DNA of 64,000 nucleotides from Deltaproteobacteria bacterium (GTDB taxonomy: Bacteria; Desulfobacterota; GWC2-55-46): the NCBI GenBank assembly GCA_016182655.1, contig JACPGB010000017.1, positions 1,110 to 65,109 of the forward strand, in the 5' to 3' direction. A program made the translations under genes and the position numbers. A model generated the notes under the pieces. That model was not told the origin of the DNA and did not search any database. It worked only from the letters and a program-made list of their open reading frames with translations. Shown in pieces: positions 19,949-30,011 of the stretch (its first letter is position 1; every line of letters starts with the position of its first letter).

Positions 19949-21970
19949 ATGGAATTCACTTTCCTCATACCGCTGCTGCCGCTCCTGGGCGCGACCGTAA
20001 ACGGGGTGATTGGGTCCAAGCTCACCAAGAGGACGGTAGGGCTCATCGCGTGCCTCGTCATGGGCGCGGCCTTTGTCGTGTCGGTCTGCACCTTCTACAA
20101 GCTCATGCTGTTACCCGCGCCCGAGAGGTCTGTCGTCGTCTCCTTCTTTAACTGGATCTCGAGCGGCGCCTTCAGCGTCGACATCGCATTCCTCATAGAC
20201 CCGCTCTCGGCTCTCATGATACTTATCGTAACCGGGGTCGGGTTCCTCATACACGTATACTCGACCGGCTACATGCATGACGACAAGGCGTACTGGAGGT
20301 ACATGTGCTACCTGAACCTCTTCGTCTTCTTCATGCTGATGCTGGTCCTCGGTTCCAACTATCTTGTCATGTTCCTCGGCTGGGAGGGCGTGGGTCTGTG
20401 CTCCTACCTCCTCATAGGCTTCTGGTACGAGAAGAAGGCGGCCTCGAACGCCGGAAAGAAGGCGTTTGTCGTCAACAGGATAGGCGACTTCGGGTTCATC
20501 CTCGGCCTCTTCCTCCTTTACTGGAGCCTCTCGGACCTGGGGGCGGCCTCACTCGACTATAAGACCGTCTTCGAGAACATCCATCATATCGACCCGGCGA
20601 TACTGACGATAATCGGCCTGCTCCTTTTCGTAGGCGCGACCGGCAAGTCCGCTCAGGTGCCCCTTTATGTGTGGCTCCCGGACGCGATGGAGGGCCCGAC
20701 ACCGGTGAGCGCCCTCATACACGCGGCGACGATGGTCACCGCGGGCGTCTATATGGTGGCGAGAAACAACGCCCTTTATTCGCTCATCCCGCACGTGGGC
20801 AACATCATAGCCGCTGTAGGCATATTCACGGCGCTCTTCGCCGCTACCATGGGCCTCGTACAGAACGACATAAAAAAGGTGCTCGCGTACTCAACCGTGA
20901 GTCAGCTCGGCTATATGTTCGCGGCCGTCGGTGTGGGCGCGTACACGGCAGGCGTCTTCCATCTTATGACGCACGCCTTCTTCAAGGGTCTAATGTTCCT
21001 TGGATCGGGTTCCGTGATACACGCGATGGGCGGCGAGCAGGACATGAGGCGGATGGGCGGGCTGCACAAGCACATGAAGATAACCTCGACCACCTTCATA
21101 ATAGGCGCGATCGCCATAGCCGGCATACCGCCATTCAGCGGCTTCTGGTCGAAGGACGAGATACTCTGGGAGGCCTTCGAGAAGGGGCACATAGTGATAT
21201 GGGCCGTCGGGCTCCTTACGGCCGGCATGACCGCCTTCTACATGTTCAGGCAGGTCTTCATGACCTTTACAGGCGAGTGCAGGGCAGACGACCACACCAA
21301 GCACCACCTGCACGAGTCTCCGTCCTCGATGACGGTCCCGCTCATCATACTCGCGGTGCTCTCGGCCATAGGCGGCATCGTCGGCATACCCTTCTTCGAG
21401 GAGGGCACAGCCGCGCACCAGTTCCTGAACCCGGTATTCGGACATGCGGCCCACGAGGCGCATGCCGAGGCCGCGGGCGCGGGACACGGCTCGCTGGAGT
21501 TCATACTCATGGGCGTATCCGTCGCGGTCGGTCTTACCGGCATATTCCTCGCCTCGCTCCTCTACTACGCGCCGATGAAGAAGTACGCGCCGTCGTTCTG
21601 GAGGCCGGAATCAATAGCGAACGGCTTCAAGGGGCTCCACAGGCTCCTCTTCAACAAGTACTACATAGATGAGATCTACGACTACCTCGTCGTGAACCCG
21701 ATAAAGAGGTTCTGCGACTGGTGCCTGTCCTTCGATCTCGGCGTCATAGACTGGTTCGTCAACTTCACGGCGTGGTTCATGAGGCTCACCGCATGGGCGT
21801 CGCACAAGTTCGACATCTACGTCGTCGACGGGCTCGTAAATTCCATGTCCACGCTCGTCACATATAACAGCACGATATGGCGGAGGCTCCAGACCGGGTA
21901 CCTCCAGAACTACGCCCTCGTCTTCGTCGTCGGCGTGCTCCTAATAATAGTAAGGGTCCTCCTGGGCTAA
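19949..21970 (+). CDS. nuoL: NADH-quinone oxidoreductase subunit L (elongated C-terminal helix)
   Basis: GWEGVGLCSYLLIGFW, KSAQVPLYVWLPDAMEGPTPVSALIHAATMV. Confidence 0.97.
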   Translation: MEFTFLIPLLPLLGATVNGVIGSKLTKRTVGLIACLVMGAAFVVSVCTFYKLMLLPAPERSVVVSFFNWISSGAFSVDIAFLIDPLSALMILIVTGVGFLIHVYSTGYMHDDKAYWRYMCYLNLFVFFMLMLVLGSNYLVMFLGWEGVGLCSYLLIGFWYEKKAASNAGKKAFVVNRIGDFGFILGLFLLYWSLSDLGAASLDYKTVFENIHHIDPAILTIIGLLLFVGATGKSAQVPLYVWLPDAMEGPTPVSALIHAATMVTAGVYMVARNNALYSLIPHVGNIIAAVGIFTALFAATMGLVQNDIKKVLAYSTVSQLGYMFAAVGVGAYTAGVFHLMTHAFFKGLMFLGSGSVIHAMGGEQDMRRMGGLHKHMKITSTTFIIGAIAIAGIPPFSGFWSKDEILWEAFEKGHIVIWAVGLLTAGMTAFYMFRQVFMTFTGECRADDHTKHHLHESPSSMTVPLIILAVLSAIGGIVGIPFFEEGTAAHQFLNPVFGHAAHEAHAEAAGAGHGSLEFILMGVSVAVGLTGIFLASLLYYAPMKKYAPSFWRPESIANGFKGLHRLLFNKYYIDEIYDYLVVNPIKRFCDWCLSFDLGVIDWFVNFTAWFMRLTAWASHKFDIYVVDGLVNSMSTLVTYNSTIWRRLQTGYLQNYALVFVVGVLLIIVRVLLG

Positions 21971-21973
21971 GGC

Positions 21974-23605
21974 ATGATAGAAAACGCACTCGGCATACCG
22001 ATACTCTCGATACTGATACTCATCCCGCTTCTGGGCGCAGGCGCGCTATTCTTTTTCCCCAACGGGCAGAAGGAGGCGATACGCTCGACCGCCTTCGGGG
22101 TCGCGCTCGTCAACTTCGTCATCTCGCTGATACTCCTTTTATACTTCGACTCTTCGACCTACAAGATGCAGTTCGTGGAAAAGGCGGCCTGGATACCGGG
22201 GATAGGCGTTGAGTACTTCCTCGGCATGGACGGGATAAGCCTCCTCCTCGTGCTCCTCACGACCTTTACGAGCTCGATAGCGATACTCGCCTCGTGGTCG
22301 GCGATAGAGGAGAGGGTCAAGGAGTACATGATACACCTCCTTATCCTCGAAGCCGGGATGATAGGCGTCTTCGTCGCTCTCGACATGATCCTCTTCTTCG
22401 TATTCTGGGAGATAGGCCTTATACCGATGTTCTTCCTCATCGGAGTCTGGGGCGGCCCGAGGAAGCTTTACGCGAATATCAAGTTCTTCCTCTACACGCT
22501 CTTCGGTTCGGTCTTCATGCTCGTCGGGATACTGGCCCTTTACTACGCGCACGGGTCCGCGACCGGCGAGTATACATTCAACCTCCTTAAATTATACGAG
22601 GTCTCGTACCCTTACAACCTCCAGTGGTGGGTCTTCCTGACGTTCTTCCTCGGCTTTGCCATAAAGGTGCCGGTATTCCCGTTCCATACATGGCTGCCTG
22701 ACGCGCACGTCGAGGCCCCGACGGCCGGCAGTGTAATACTTGCCGCCGTGCTCCTTAAAATGGGCACCTACGGGTTCGTAAGGTTCAACCTGCCATTGCT
22801 CGCGGATGCCAGCAGGGCCTTTACGCCCTTCATACTCGTCCTCGCGGTCATCGGCATAGTCTACGGCGCGTTCCTCGCCATGGCCCAGAAGGACATAAAG
22901 AAGCTCGTCGCGTACTCGAGCGTGAGCCATCTCGGCGCGGTCATGGCCGGGCTCTTCGCGTTGAACCAGCAGGGCATCGACGGCGGCGTGCTCCAGATGA
23001 TAAACCACGGTATATCGACCGGCGGGCTCTTCCTCGTAATAGGCATGATCTACGAGAGGAGGCACACGAGGCTCATCTCCGACTTCGGCGGCATAGCAAA
23101 GGTGATGCCGGTATACTCGGCCCTCGTGCTCATTATAGTATTTTCGTCCATCGGGTTGCCCGGCACCAACGGGTTCATAGGAGAGATACTGATACTCATG
23201 GGCCTCTTCAAGATGAGCGCGCTCGCCACGGTCTTTGCGGCCACCGGCGTCATACTCGGCGCGGCGTACATGCTCTGGATGACGCAGAGGGTGGTATTCG
23301 GGAAGATCACGAAGAGGGAGAACCTTGACCTAAAGGACATAAACGCGAGGGAGGTCCTGACCCTTCTGCCGATAATCGGCCTCATACTCTGGATAGGGAT
23401 ATACCCGAAGCACTTCCTCTCGCTCTCTTCGGCCTCGACGGCCCGCATAGCCGAGATAGTCGAGAGGAACGCGCCCAAGACGGAGCGCGTTGTGCACGCG
23501 GAAAGCGCCGCCCACGCGGAAGGCGCCGCCCATGTGGAACCGGCCGCGCAACACGCCGACGCGCACGCGCCCGTCCACGCAGAAGCTCACGGAGGTACGC
23601 ATTAA
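21974..23605 (+). CDS. nuoM: NADH-quinone oxidoreductase subunit M, copy 1
   Basis: IKVPVFPFHTWLPDAHVEAPTAGS, KKLVAYSSVSH; His/Ala-rich tail. Confidence 0.96.
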   Translation: MIENALGIPILSILILIPLLGAGALFFFPNGQKEAIRSTAFGVALVNFVISLILLLYFDSSTYKMQFVEKAAWIPGIGVEYFLGMDGISLLLVLLTTFTSSIAILASWSAIEERVKEYMIHLLILEAGMIGVFVALDMILFFVFWEIGLIPMFFLIGVWGGPRKLYANIKFFLYTLFGSVFMLVGILALYYAHGSATGEYTFNLLKLYEVSYPYNLQWWVFLTFFLGFAIKVPVFPFHTWLPDAHVEAPTAGSVILAAVLLKMGTYGFVRFNLPLLADASRAFTPFILVLAVIGIVYGAFLAMAQKDIKKLVAYSSVSHLGAVMAGLFALNQQGIDGGVLQMINHGISTGGLFLVIGMIYERRHTRLISDFGGIAKVMPVYSALVLIIVFSSIGLPGTNGFIGEILILMGLFKMSALATVFAATGVILGAAYMLWMTQRVVFGKITKRENLDLKDINAREVLTLLPIIGLILWIGIYPKHFLSLSSASTARIAEIVERNAPKTERVVHAESAAHAEGAAHVEPAAQHADAHAPVHAEAHGGTH

Positions 23606-25180
23606 ATGACCGGGCTCACGGGCTTTCCGATACTTTCGACGATAACTTTTCTGCCTGCGCTCGGCGCGCTCGTCATCATCCTCTTTTACAAGAAGGATTG
23701 GGCCGACCTCATAAAGTGGACCGCGCTCGGGACCTCGGCCGTCACGTTCCTGGTCTCGCTCTATCTGCCGCTAACCTTCGACATGGCCGACCCCGGCCTC
23801 CAGTGGGTCGAAAAGACCGTCTGGATTGAGAGGTTCGGGATCTCGTACTACATGGGGGTGGACGGCATAAGCCTACTCCTCGTGCTCCTTACGACCTTCA
23901 TGACGATAATCTGCGTGCTGGCCTCGTGGAGGGAGATAAATACGAAGCTCAAGGGCTACATGGCCCTGTTCCTTTTGACCGAGACGTTCTCGCTCGGCAT
24001 CTTCATGGCCATGGACCTTTTCCTCTTCTACATCTTCTGGGAGGCGGTCCTTATCCCCATGGTCTTCATAATAGGGATATGGGGCGGCGTGAGAAAGTTC
24101 TACTCGGCGATCAAGTTCTTCATATTCACCTTCGTGGGGAGCCTCTTCATGCTCCTCGGCATCCTTGCCATCTACTTCTACCACGGCAAGGTCACGGGGG
24201 TGTATACCTTCGATTCCACGATACTCTCGCTCTCTCCAGCGGCCCCGGCCGTGCAGTTCTGGGTCTTCATAGCGTTCTTCCTCGGGTTCGCGGTAAAGGT
24301 GCCGATGTTCCCGCTCCACACATGGCTCCCTGACGCGCACACCGACGCGCCGACCGCCGGCTCTATCGTCCTTGCGGCCGTGCTCCTTAAGCTCGGTACG
24401 TACGCGTTCGTCAGGTTCACGCTTCCGATGCTCCCGAACGCCTCGATGCTCTTTGCTCCGCTCATGATAGGCATATCAATTTTCGCCATCATCTACGGCG
24501 CGCTCGTCACTATTGCGCAGAAGGACATAAAGAAGCTCATCGCCTACTCGAGCGTGAGCCACATGGGCTTTGTCATGCTCGGCATATTCGTATTCAACAT
24601 AGAGGGGCTCAAGGGGAGCGTCATGCAGATGCTGAACCACGGGGTGTCCACAGGCGCGCTCTTCCTTTTGGTCGGCATGATATACGAAAGGACTCACACG
24701 AGGATGATAGGCGACTACACCGGCCTCTTCAAGGAGCTCCCGGTCTACGGGGTATTCTTCCTGATAGTCGTCCTCTCCTCCATGGGCATGCCGACTACCA
24801 ACGGGTTCATAGGCGAGCTCTTCGTCCTCATAGGCGCGTTCAAGGCCCACTGGGTCTACGCGGTATTCGTCGCATTCGGCGTCCTTCTGGGCGCGGTCTA
24901 TCTCCTCTGGCTCTTCCAGAGGGTCTTCCTCGGGAACTTTCACTACGCCGGAGGCCACGGGCTCAAGGACCTGGGGCTCCGCGAGATAATAGAGACGGCG
25001 CCGCTCATAATACTCATTTTCTGGATCGGGCTATATCCCAAGCCGTTCCTGAACGTCATGGACGCTTCGCTTACGAAGCTTGTGGCGCAGGTGGAGACGA
25101 ATTACAAGAAGGGCAACGGGGAGGCGGTCTCTCCTCGGGCCTCGCTCGATGCCGCAGCCGTCGAAAGGAAGGTTGAGTGA
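23606..25180 (+). CDS. nuoM: NADH-quinone oxidoreductase subunit M, copy 2
   Basis: VKVPMFPLHTWLPDAHTDAPTAGS, KKLIAYSSVSH. Confidence 0.96.
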   Translation: MTGLTGFPILSTITFLPALGALVIILFYKKDWADLIKWTALGTSAVTFLVSLYLPLTFDMADPGLQWVEKTVWIERFGISYYMGVDGISLLLVLLTTFMTIICVLASWREINTKLKGYMALFLLTETFSLGIFMAMDLFLFYIFWEAVLIPMVFIIGIWGGVRKFYSAIKFFIFTFVGSLFMLLGILAIYFYHGKVTGVYTFDSTILSLSPAAPAVQFWVFIAFFLGFAVKVPMFPLHTWLPDAHTDAPTAGSIVLAAVLLKLGTYAFVRFTLPMLPNASMLFAPLMIGISIFAIIYGALVTIAQKDIKKLIAYSSVSHMGFVMLGIFVFNIEGLKGSVMQMLNHGVSTGALFLLVGMIYERTHTRMIGDYTGLFKELPVYGVFFLIVVLSSMGMPTTNGFIGELFVLIGAFKAHWVYAVFVAFGVLLGAVYLLWLFQRVFLGNFHYAGGHGLKDLGLREIIETAPLIILIFWIGLYPKPFLNVMDASLTKLVAQVETNYKKGNGEAVSPRASLDAAAVERKVE

Positions 25181-26619
25181 TGCCAGCCGGACTCAACATA
25201 AACTTCTACGCGGTAATGCCGGAGATACTCGTAACGGCACTCGCGCTCATCGTCCTTATACTCGACTTCTTCATAAGGAAGAACAAGGCCGCGCTCGGGT
25301 GGGTGTCGATCGTCGGGCTCCTCTGCATATTGCCGGTGGCGGCGTATACTAACGAGCCGTACCCGGTATTCGGCGGCACGGTCATAGCCGACAGCTTCTC
25401 GGCCTTCTTCAACGTCATTTTCATTATTGCCGCGATATTCTCAATCCTCATCTCGATGGACTATCTCAAGAAGATAGGCGTCGACAGGGGCGAGTACTAC
25501 CATATAATCCTGTTCGCGACCGTCGGCATGATGGTGATGGGCGCGGCTAACGACCTCATTAACGTCTACGTCGGGCTCGAACTCATGGCCCTTTCCTTCT
25601 ACATACTCGTAGCATACAGGGTGACGAGCGCGAGGTCCGTGGAAGGGGCCCTTAAGTACTTCGTCCTCGGCGCGCTCTCTTCGGGCATACTCCTCTACGG
25701 CATGTCTTTCACCTACGGCGCGGCCGGCTCAACGAACTTCATGGAGATAGCGGCCGAATTGGGCAAGGGCGACAACACCTACCTTACGCTCGGCATAATC
25801 CTCATGGCCGCAGGCTTCGGCTTCAAGATAGCGGCGTTCCCGTTCCACCTCTGGGCACCGGACGTCTACGAGGGCGCGCCGACGCCGGTGACCGCGCTCC
25901 TTTCCGTAGGCTCGAAGGCCGCGGCCTTCGCGGCGTTCCTCCGCGTCTTTACCGCCGCGTTCCCGGCGTTCCAGGCCGACTGGTCCTCTATGCTCTGGGT
26001 CGTCTCGGCCGCCACGATGATTTTCGGGGCCGTCGTAGCCATCTCCCAGAAGAACATCGTAAGGATGCTCGCGTACTCGTCGATCGCGCACGCCGGGATA
26101 ATAATGATAGGCCTCCTCGCCTTCAACGACACTGGGCTCTCGGGTGTAGCCTATTACCTCCTCGTCTACGCCTTCATGAACATGGGCGCGTTCACGATCG
26201 TCGCGCTCTTCAGGAACAAGGGCAGGTTCGAGAACATCGACGAGTACAGGGGGCTGGCTTCCACAAGGCCGCTCCTTGCGTTCCTCATGGCCCTTTTCCT
26301 CTTGTCCCTTGCGGGCATCCCGCCGACCGGGGGCTTTGCGGCCAAGTTCTTCGTCCTGTCCGCCGCGATAGACGCCAAATACTACTGGCTCGCGTCCATA
26401 GGTGTCGTGTCCACGGCGATATCGCTTTTCTTCTACGCCAAGGTCATCTTCTACATGTACATGCGGGACCCGGAGCCGGGCGCGGAGATAGCGCCGTCAT
26501 CCGGGGTGATCTATAACATAGTGCTTTTCTGCACGGCGATAGGGACGGTCCTTCTCGGGGTGTACCCGGCGCCCTTTATCGACATGGCTATAAGGGCCGT
26601 AAGGCCCTTATTAATGTAA
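25177..26619 (+). CDS. nuoN: NADH-quinone oxidoreductase subunit N
   Basis: EGALKYFVLG, FKIAAFPFHLWAPDVYEGAPTP, RMLAYSSIAH. Confidence 0.96.
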   Translation: MMPAGLNINFYAVMPEILVTALALIVLILDFFIRKNKAALGWVSIVGLLCILPVAAYTNEPYPVFGGTVIADSFSAFFNVIFIIAAIFSILISMDYLKKIGVDRGEYYHIILFATVGMMVMGAANDLINVYVGLELMALSFYILVAYRVTSARSVEGALKYFVLGALSSGILLYGMSFTYGAAGSTNFMEIAAELGKGDNTYLTLGIILMAAGFGFKIAAFPFHLWAPDVYEGAPTPVTALLSVGSKAAAFAAFLRVFTAAFPAFQADWSSMLWVVSAATMIFGAVVAISQKNIVRMLAYSSIAHAGIIMIGLLAFNDTGLSGVAYYLLVYAFMNMGAFTIVALFRNKGRFENIDEYRGLASTRPLLAFLMALFLLSLAGIPPTGGFAAKFFVLSAAIDAKYYWLASIGVVSTAISLFFYAKVIFYMYMRDPEPGAEIAPSSGVIYNIVLFCTAIGTVLLGVYPAPFIDMAIRAVRPLLM

Positions 26620-26630
26620 CGGAGCGCAAT

Positions 26631-26936
26631 ATGGCAGGCCACGACGACAACCACGGACACGGGCACGACGATAACGCTTCCCACGGGCATGGCGGACACG
26701 GGGACGAGCACGACGACCTCCTCCTCCACGGAGGCCACGACGAGCACGGCTCCCACGATGCGCATGCGCACGACGAGCCCGCGCAAGCCCCGCAGCCGCC
26801 GGACACCGGCAACAGGAACTGGTGGAGGCTGCCGTTCGACGCGACGACAAACTTTTCGCTCCTCGGGTTCTTCCTCGGCGGCGCGCGCTGGGAGAGCAAC
26901 GAAAGGAAGCGCATAGACTTCAAGCTTGATGAGTAG
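26631..26936 (+). CDS. His/Asp/Gly-rich small hypothetical protein
   Basis: GGAG RBS, host-like codons; fills the gap between nuoN and ispE. Confidence 0.7.
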   Translation: MAGHDDNHGHGHDDNASHGHGGHGDEHDDLLLHGGHDEHGSHDAHAHDEPAQAPQPPDTGNRNWWRLPFDATTNFSLLGFFLGGARWESNERKRIDFKLDE

Positions 26937-27786
26937 CCTCACCCTCTCGTCCCCGGCAAAGGTAAACCTCTTTCTTAAAGTCCTCCGAAAAAGAAGCGAC
27001 GGATACCACGACATAGCCACACTCATGCAGGCTGTCTCCCTATTCGACCGCATTTCGGTCGAGGCCGTTGAGGGAGACGGCGTTTCGATATGGTGCTCTG
27101 ATCCGTCCTTACCGGCGGACTCTACCAACCTCGCCTGCCGTGCCGCCGACCTGTATCTTAAGACAACAGGCATAAGAAAAAAAATATCGATACGGATCGA
27201 GAAGAATATCCCGATAGGCGCGGGGCTGGGCGGCGGGTCCTCGAACGCCGCGACTGTTTTAAAGGCCCTTGACGAGCTCGAAGGCGGGAGGCTCGGGAAG
27301 GAGGCGCTACTGGACCTTTCCGCTTCTCTCGGGTCGGACTGCCCGTTTTTTATTTCAGGAAAGGCCGCGTATGCCGAGGGAAGGGGAGAGAGGCTTCAAT
27401 CGGTTGATTTGCCCAAGTTCGCGTATATATTGGTAAATCCAGGTTTTCAGGTTTCCACGGCCTGGGCCTACAGCAATTTGGACTTGACAAAGAAGGGTGA
27501 AGATAATATCCTGATTTTTTCCGGAAAGGCCCCTTCCAAGGCAGTGGACCTGAAGGCTATCCTTGTGAACGACCTCGAGGAAGTCACTCTCCGGAAACAC
27601 CCGGTCATATCCGATATTAAAAAGGCGCTCTTAGGCTCCGGCGCCGTCGTTTCACTCATGTCCGGGAGCGGCCCTACGGTCTTCGGTGTTTTCGAGGATA
27701 GAGACGCCGCCGAAAGGGCGTTAAGCCCGCTCAAAAAGAGGTTCCCGGATAATTTTTTCGTCTCCCTCGCAGAGGGGCTGTGTTGA
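26926..27786 (+). CDS. ispE: 4-diphosphocytidyl-2-C-methyl-D-erythritol kinase
   Basis: PAKVNLFL, IPIGAGLGGGSSNAA, GSDCPFF, MSGSGPTVF. Confidence 0.96.
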   Translation: MMSSLTLSSPAKVNLFLKVLRKRSDGYHDIATLMQAVSLFDRISVEAVEGDGVSIWCSDPSLPADSTNLACRAADLYLKTTGIRKKISIRIEKNIPIGAGLGGGSSNAATVLKALDELEGGRLGKEALLDLSASLGSDCPFFISGKAAYAEGRGERLQSVDLPKFAYILVNPGFQVSTAWAYSNLDLTKKGEDNILIFSGKAPSKAVDLKAILVNDLEEVTLRKHPVISDIKKALLGSGAVVSLMSGSGPTVFGVFEDRDAAERALSPLKKRFPDNFFVSLAEGLC

Positions 27787-27886
27787 GACAGGGGCTGTGT
27801 TGAGACAGGGGCTGTGTTAAGACAGGGGCTGTGTTGAGACAGGGGCCGTGTTAAGGCGGGGGGCATGTTGAGACAGGGACCATGTG
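27773..27886. repeat. 17-bp tandem repeat (AGGGGCTGTGTTGAGAC) x about 6.5, decaying rightwards
   Basis: Units start at 27773, 27790, 27807, 27824, 27841, 27858, 27875; the first includes the ispE stop codon. Confidence 0.9.
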
Positions 27887-28093
27887 CGGCGGGGTTGAGT
27901 CGTCGCGAATAAAATGTTCTGTAGCCCGGTGCAATCGAGGTTATGTTGAGAGGCCCTGGCAACAGGTTTGATTTTTACTGTTTTTGACGTTGAGCCGAGG
28001 GCTCTGTTGAGCAGAGGGGCTTAAGGACATTGCTTGGCGTAACGGCTTGGAGTGGGAGCGTGGGGCGTTCAAATGGGACCCTCCGCATCTGAT

Positions 28094-28168
28094 TGGGGCG
28101 TCGCCAAGCGGTAAGGCACGGGGTTTTGATCCCCGCACCCGGAGGTTCGAATCCTCCCGCCCCAGCCA
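28094..28168 (+). tRNA. tRNA-Gln(UUG)
   Basis: TGGGGCG acceptor, anticodon arm CGGGG-TTTTGAT-CCCCG, GGTTCGAATCC, CCA end. Confidence 0.96.
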
Positions 28169-28194
28169 CAAAATGATAGGACGGAAGTGTCGCG

Positions 28195-29130
28195 ATGGAC
28201 AGGATAAAGGTATTCACCGGTAACTCCAACAAGGGACTCGCGCTTGAGATCTGCGAGCACCTTGGCATACAGCTCGGCAAGTCCGAGGTGAAGAGCTTCA
28301 GCGACGGAGAGGTCTACGTCGACATACAGGAGAGCGTGCGCGCCGTAGAGGTCTATGTCGTGCAGTCGACCTGCATGCCTACCAACAACAACCTCATGGA
28401 GCTCCTCATAATGCTCGACGCCTTCAAGAGGGCGTCGGCGTCATCCGTCACGGCCGTCATCCCGTATTACGGTTACGCGAGGCAGGACAGGAAAGTAGCC
28501 CCGAGGACGCCGATCTCCGCAAAGCTCGTCGCGGACCTCATAACGGTCGCCGGAGCGACCCGTGTCGTATGCGTGGACCTCCACGCCGGGCAGATACAGG
28601 GGTTCTTTAATATTCCCGTCGACCACCTCTACGCGACCCCGGTACTCCTCAATTATATAAAGGAGAACTTCCAGGACGACTTAGTCGTCGTCTCGCCGGA
28701 CGCCGGAGGCGTTGAGAGGGCGAGGGCTTTTGCAAAGAGGCTCTCGGCGAACCTCGCGATAATCGACAAGAGGCGTCCGCGCCCGAACGTCTCCGAGGTG
28801 ATGAACATCATAGGAGATATCGAGGGCAAGACGGCCATAATACTCGACGACATGATAGACACCGCCGGGACGATCACCCAGGCCGCCGAGGCGCTGAAGA
28901 TCAACGGCGCGAGGCAGGTCTACGCGTGCTGTACCCACGCGGTACTCTCCGGCCCAGCCATAGAGAGGCTCGAGAAGTCCCCGATAAAGGAGCTCGTGGT
29001 AACGAACACGATACCCAAGAGGGAAGAGGCGACCTCTGAGAAGGTCAAGAGGCTTTCGGTCGGCCCGCTCCTCGGAGAGGCTATAAAGAGGATACACTTC
29101 GGAGAGTCGGTAAGCTCGCTCTTCGTTTAG
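28195..29130 (+). CDS. prs: Ribose-phosphate pyrophosphokinase
   Basis: [31 protein letters not shown]. Confidence 0.98.
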   Translation: MDRIKVFTGNSNKGLALEICEHLGIQLGKSEVKSFSDGEVYVDIQESVRAVEVYVVQSTCMPTNNNLMELLIMLDAFKRASASSVTAVIPYYGYARQDRKVAPRTPISAKLVADLITVAGATRVVCVDLHAGQIQGFFNIPVDHLYATPVLLNYIKENFQDDLVVVSPDAGGVERARAFAKRLSANLAIIDKRRPRPNVSEVMNIIGDIEGKTAIILDDMIDTAGTITQAAEALKINGARQVYACCTHAVLSGPAIERLEKSPIKELVVTNTIPKREEATSEKVKRLSVGPLLGEAIKRIHFGESVSSLFV

Positions 29131-29214
29131 GTTTACAGGTCGACGCAAGAATTAAAATATCAGATATCAGAGCGTCTGAAGAGACGCTCTGAGACATTAC
29201 GGAGGAATAATAGC

Positions 29215-29871
29215 ATGGAACAGATTAACCTTTCGGCCCAGCCGAGGAACGAGATCGGAAAGGGCCACGCCGGGAGGATCCGCGCGGCGGGCTCGGTGCC
29301 TGCAATCCTTTACGGCGCGTCCATAAAGGGCGCCATAGCCCTGAAGCTCAACGGCAAGGAGCTCGACAAGGTGCTCCATACCGCCGCCGGAGGCAACGTC
29401 CTTGTGAACCTCTCCATAGAAGGGGACAAGAAAGCCCGGATGGCAATGTTCAAGGAGCTTACGCGCCACCCTCTCAAGGGTTCGATAGAGCACGTCGACC
29501 TCATGGAAATACTCATGGACCACATGATAGTGGTCGAGGTCCCGTTGCATGTGATAGGCAAGGCCGCCGGGCTCGCATACGGCGGAATAGTCACACAGGA
29601 GCTCAGGAGACTCAAGATCGAGTGTCTGCCGACGCGGATACCGGATTCCATTGACGTGGACGTTACCCCGTTGAACGTCGGCTTCTCGATCCACGTGAAG
29701 GACCTGGTCCTCGCGGAGGGCTTGAAGGCCGTAGGCGACCTGGACTCGACTATCGTTTCAGTCGTAGCGCCGACCGCCGAGGTCGCGCCGAAGACCGCGG
29801 AAGAGGTCCAGGCCGAGCTCGCCAAGTCCTTCGAGGAGAAGGAAGAGGCAGGGAAGAAAGAGGAGGAATAA
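29215..29871 (+). CDS. rplY: 50S ribosomal protein L25/Ctc
   Basis: VPAILYG, HVDL, CLPTRIPDSIDVDV; conserved position after prs. Confidence 0.95.
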   Translation: MEQINLSAQPRNEIGKGHAGRIRAAGSVPAILYGASIKGAIALKLNGKELDKVLHTAAGGNVLVNLSIEGDKKARMAMFKELTRHPLKGSIEHVDLMEILMDHMIVVEVPLHVIGKAAGLAYGGIVTQELRRLKIECLPTRIPDSIDVDVTPLNVGFSIHVKDLVLAEGLKAVGDLDSTIVSVVAPTAEVAPKTAEEVQAELAKSFEEKEEAGKKEEE

Positions 29872-29918
29872 GCCTCCTTTGCCCGTATGCCTTACGGGCG
29901 GGCCTGATATAGCTATTC

Positions 29919-29959
29919 CAAAGAGGGGGGATTCCATGAGGATTCCCCCTCTTTTTTTG
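29919..29959 (+). terminator. Rho-independent terminator after rplY
   Basis: AAAGAGGGGG..CCCCCTCTTTTTTT stem plus U-tract. Confidence 0.75.
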
Positions 29960-30011
29960 TCAGGCGGGTTTAGGGCCGGGGGCTGTTAATCTTATTTCAG
30001 GAGATGGCGCA

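Noticed and set aside
27773-27886. Possible CRISPR array
   Set aside because: Units are contiguous with no unique spacers, and no cas genes are nearby.
28094-28168. tRNA-Gln as integration site of the phage module
   Set aside because: It lies about 7 kb away in its conserved ispE-prs context, and no duplicated 3' end was seen.
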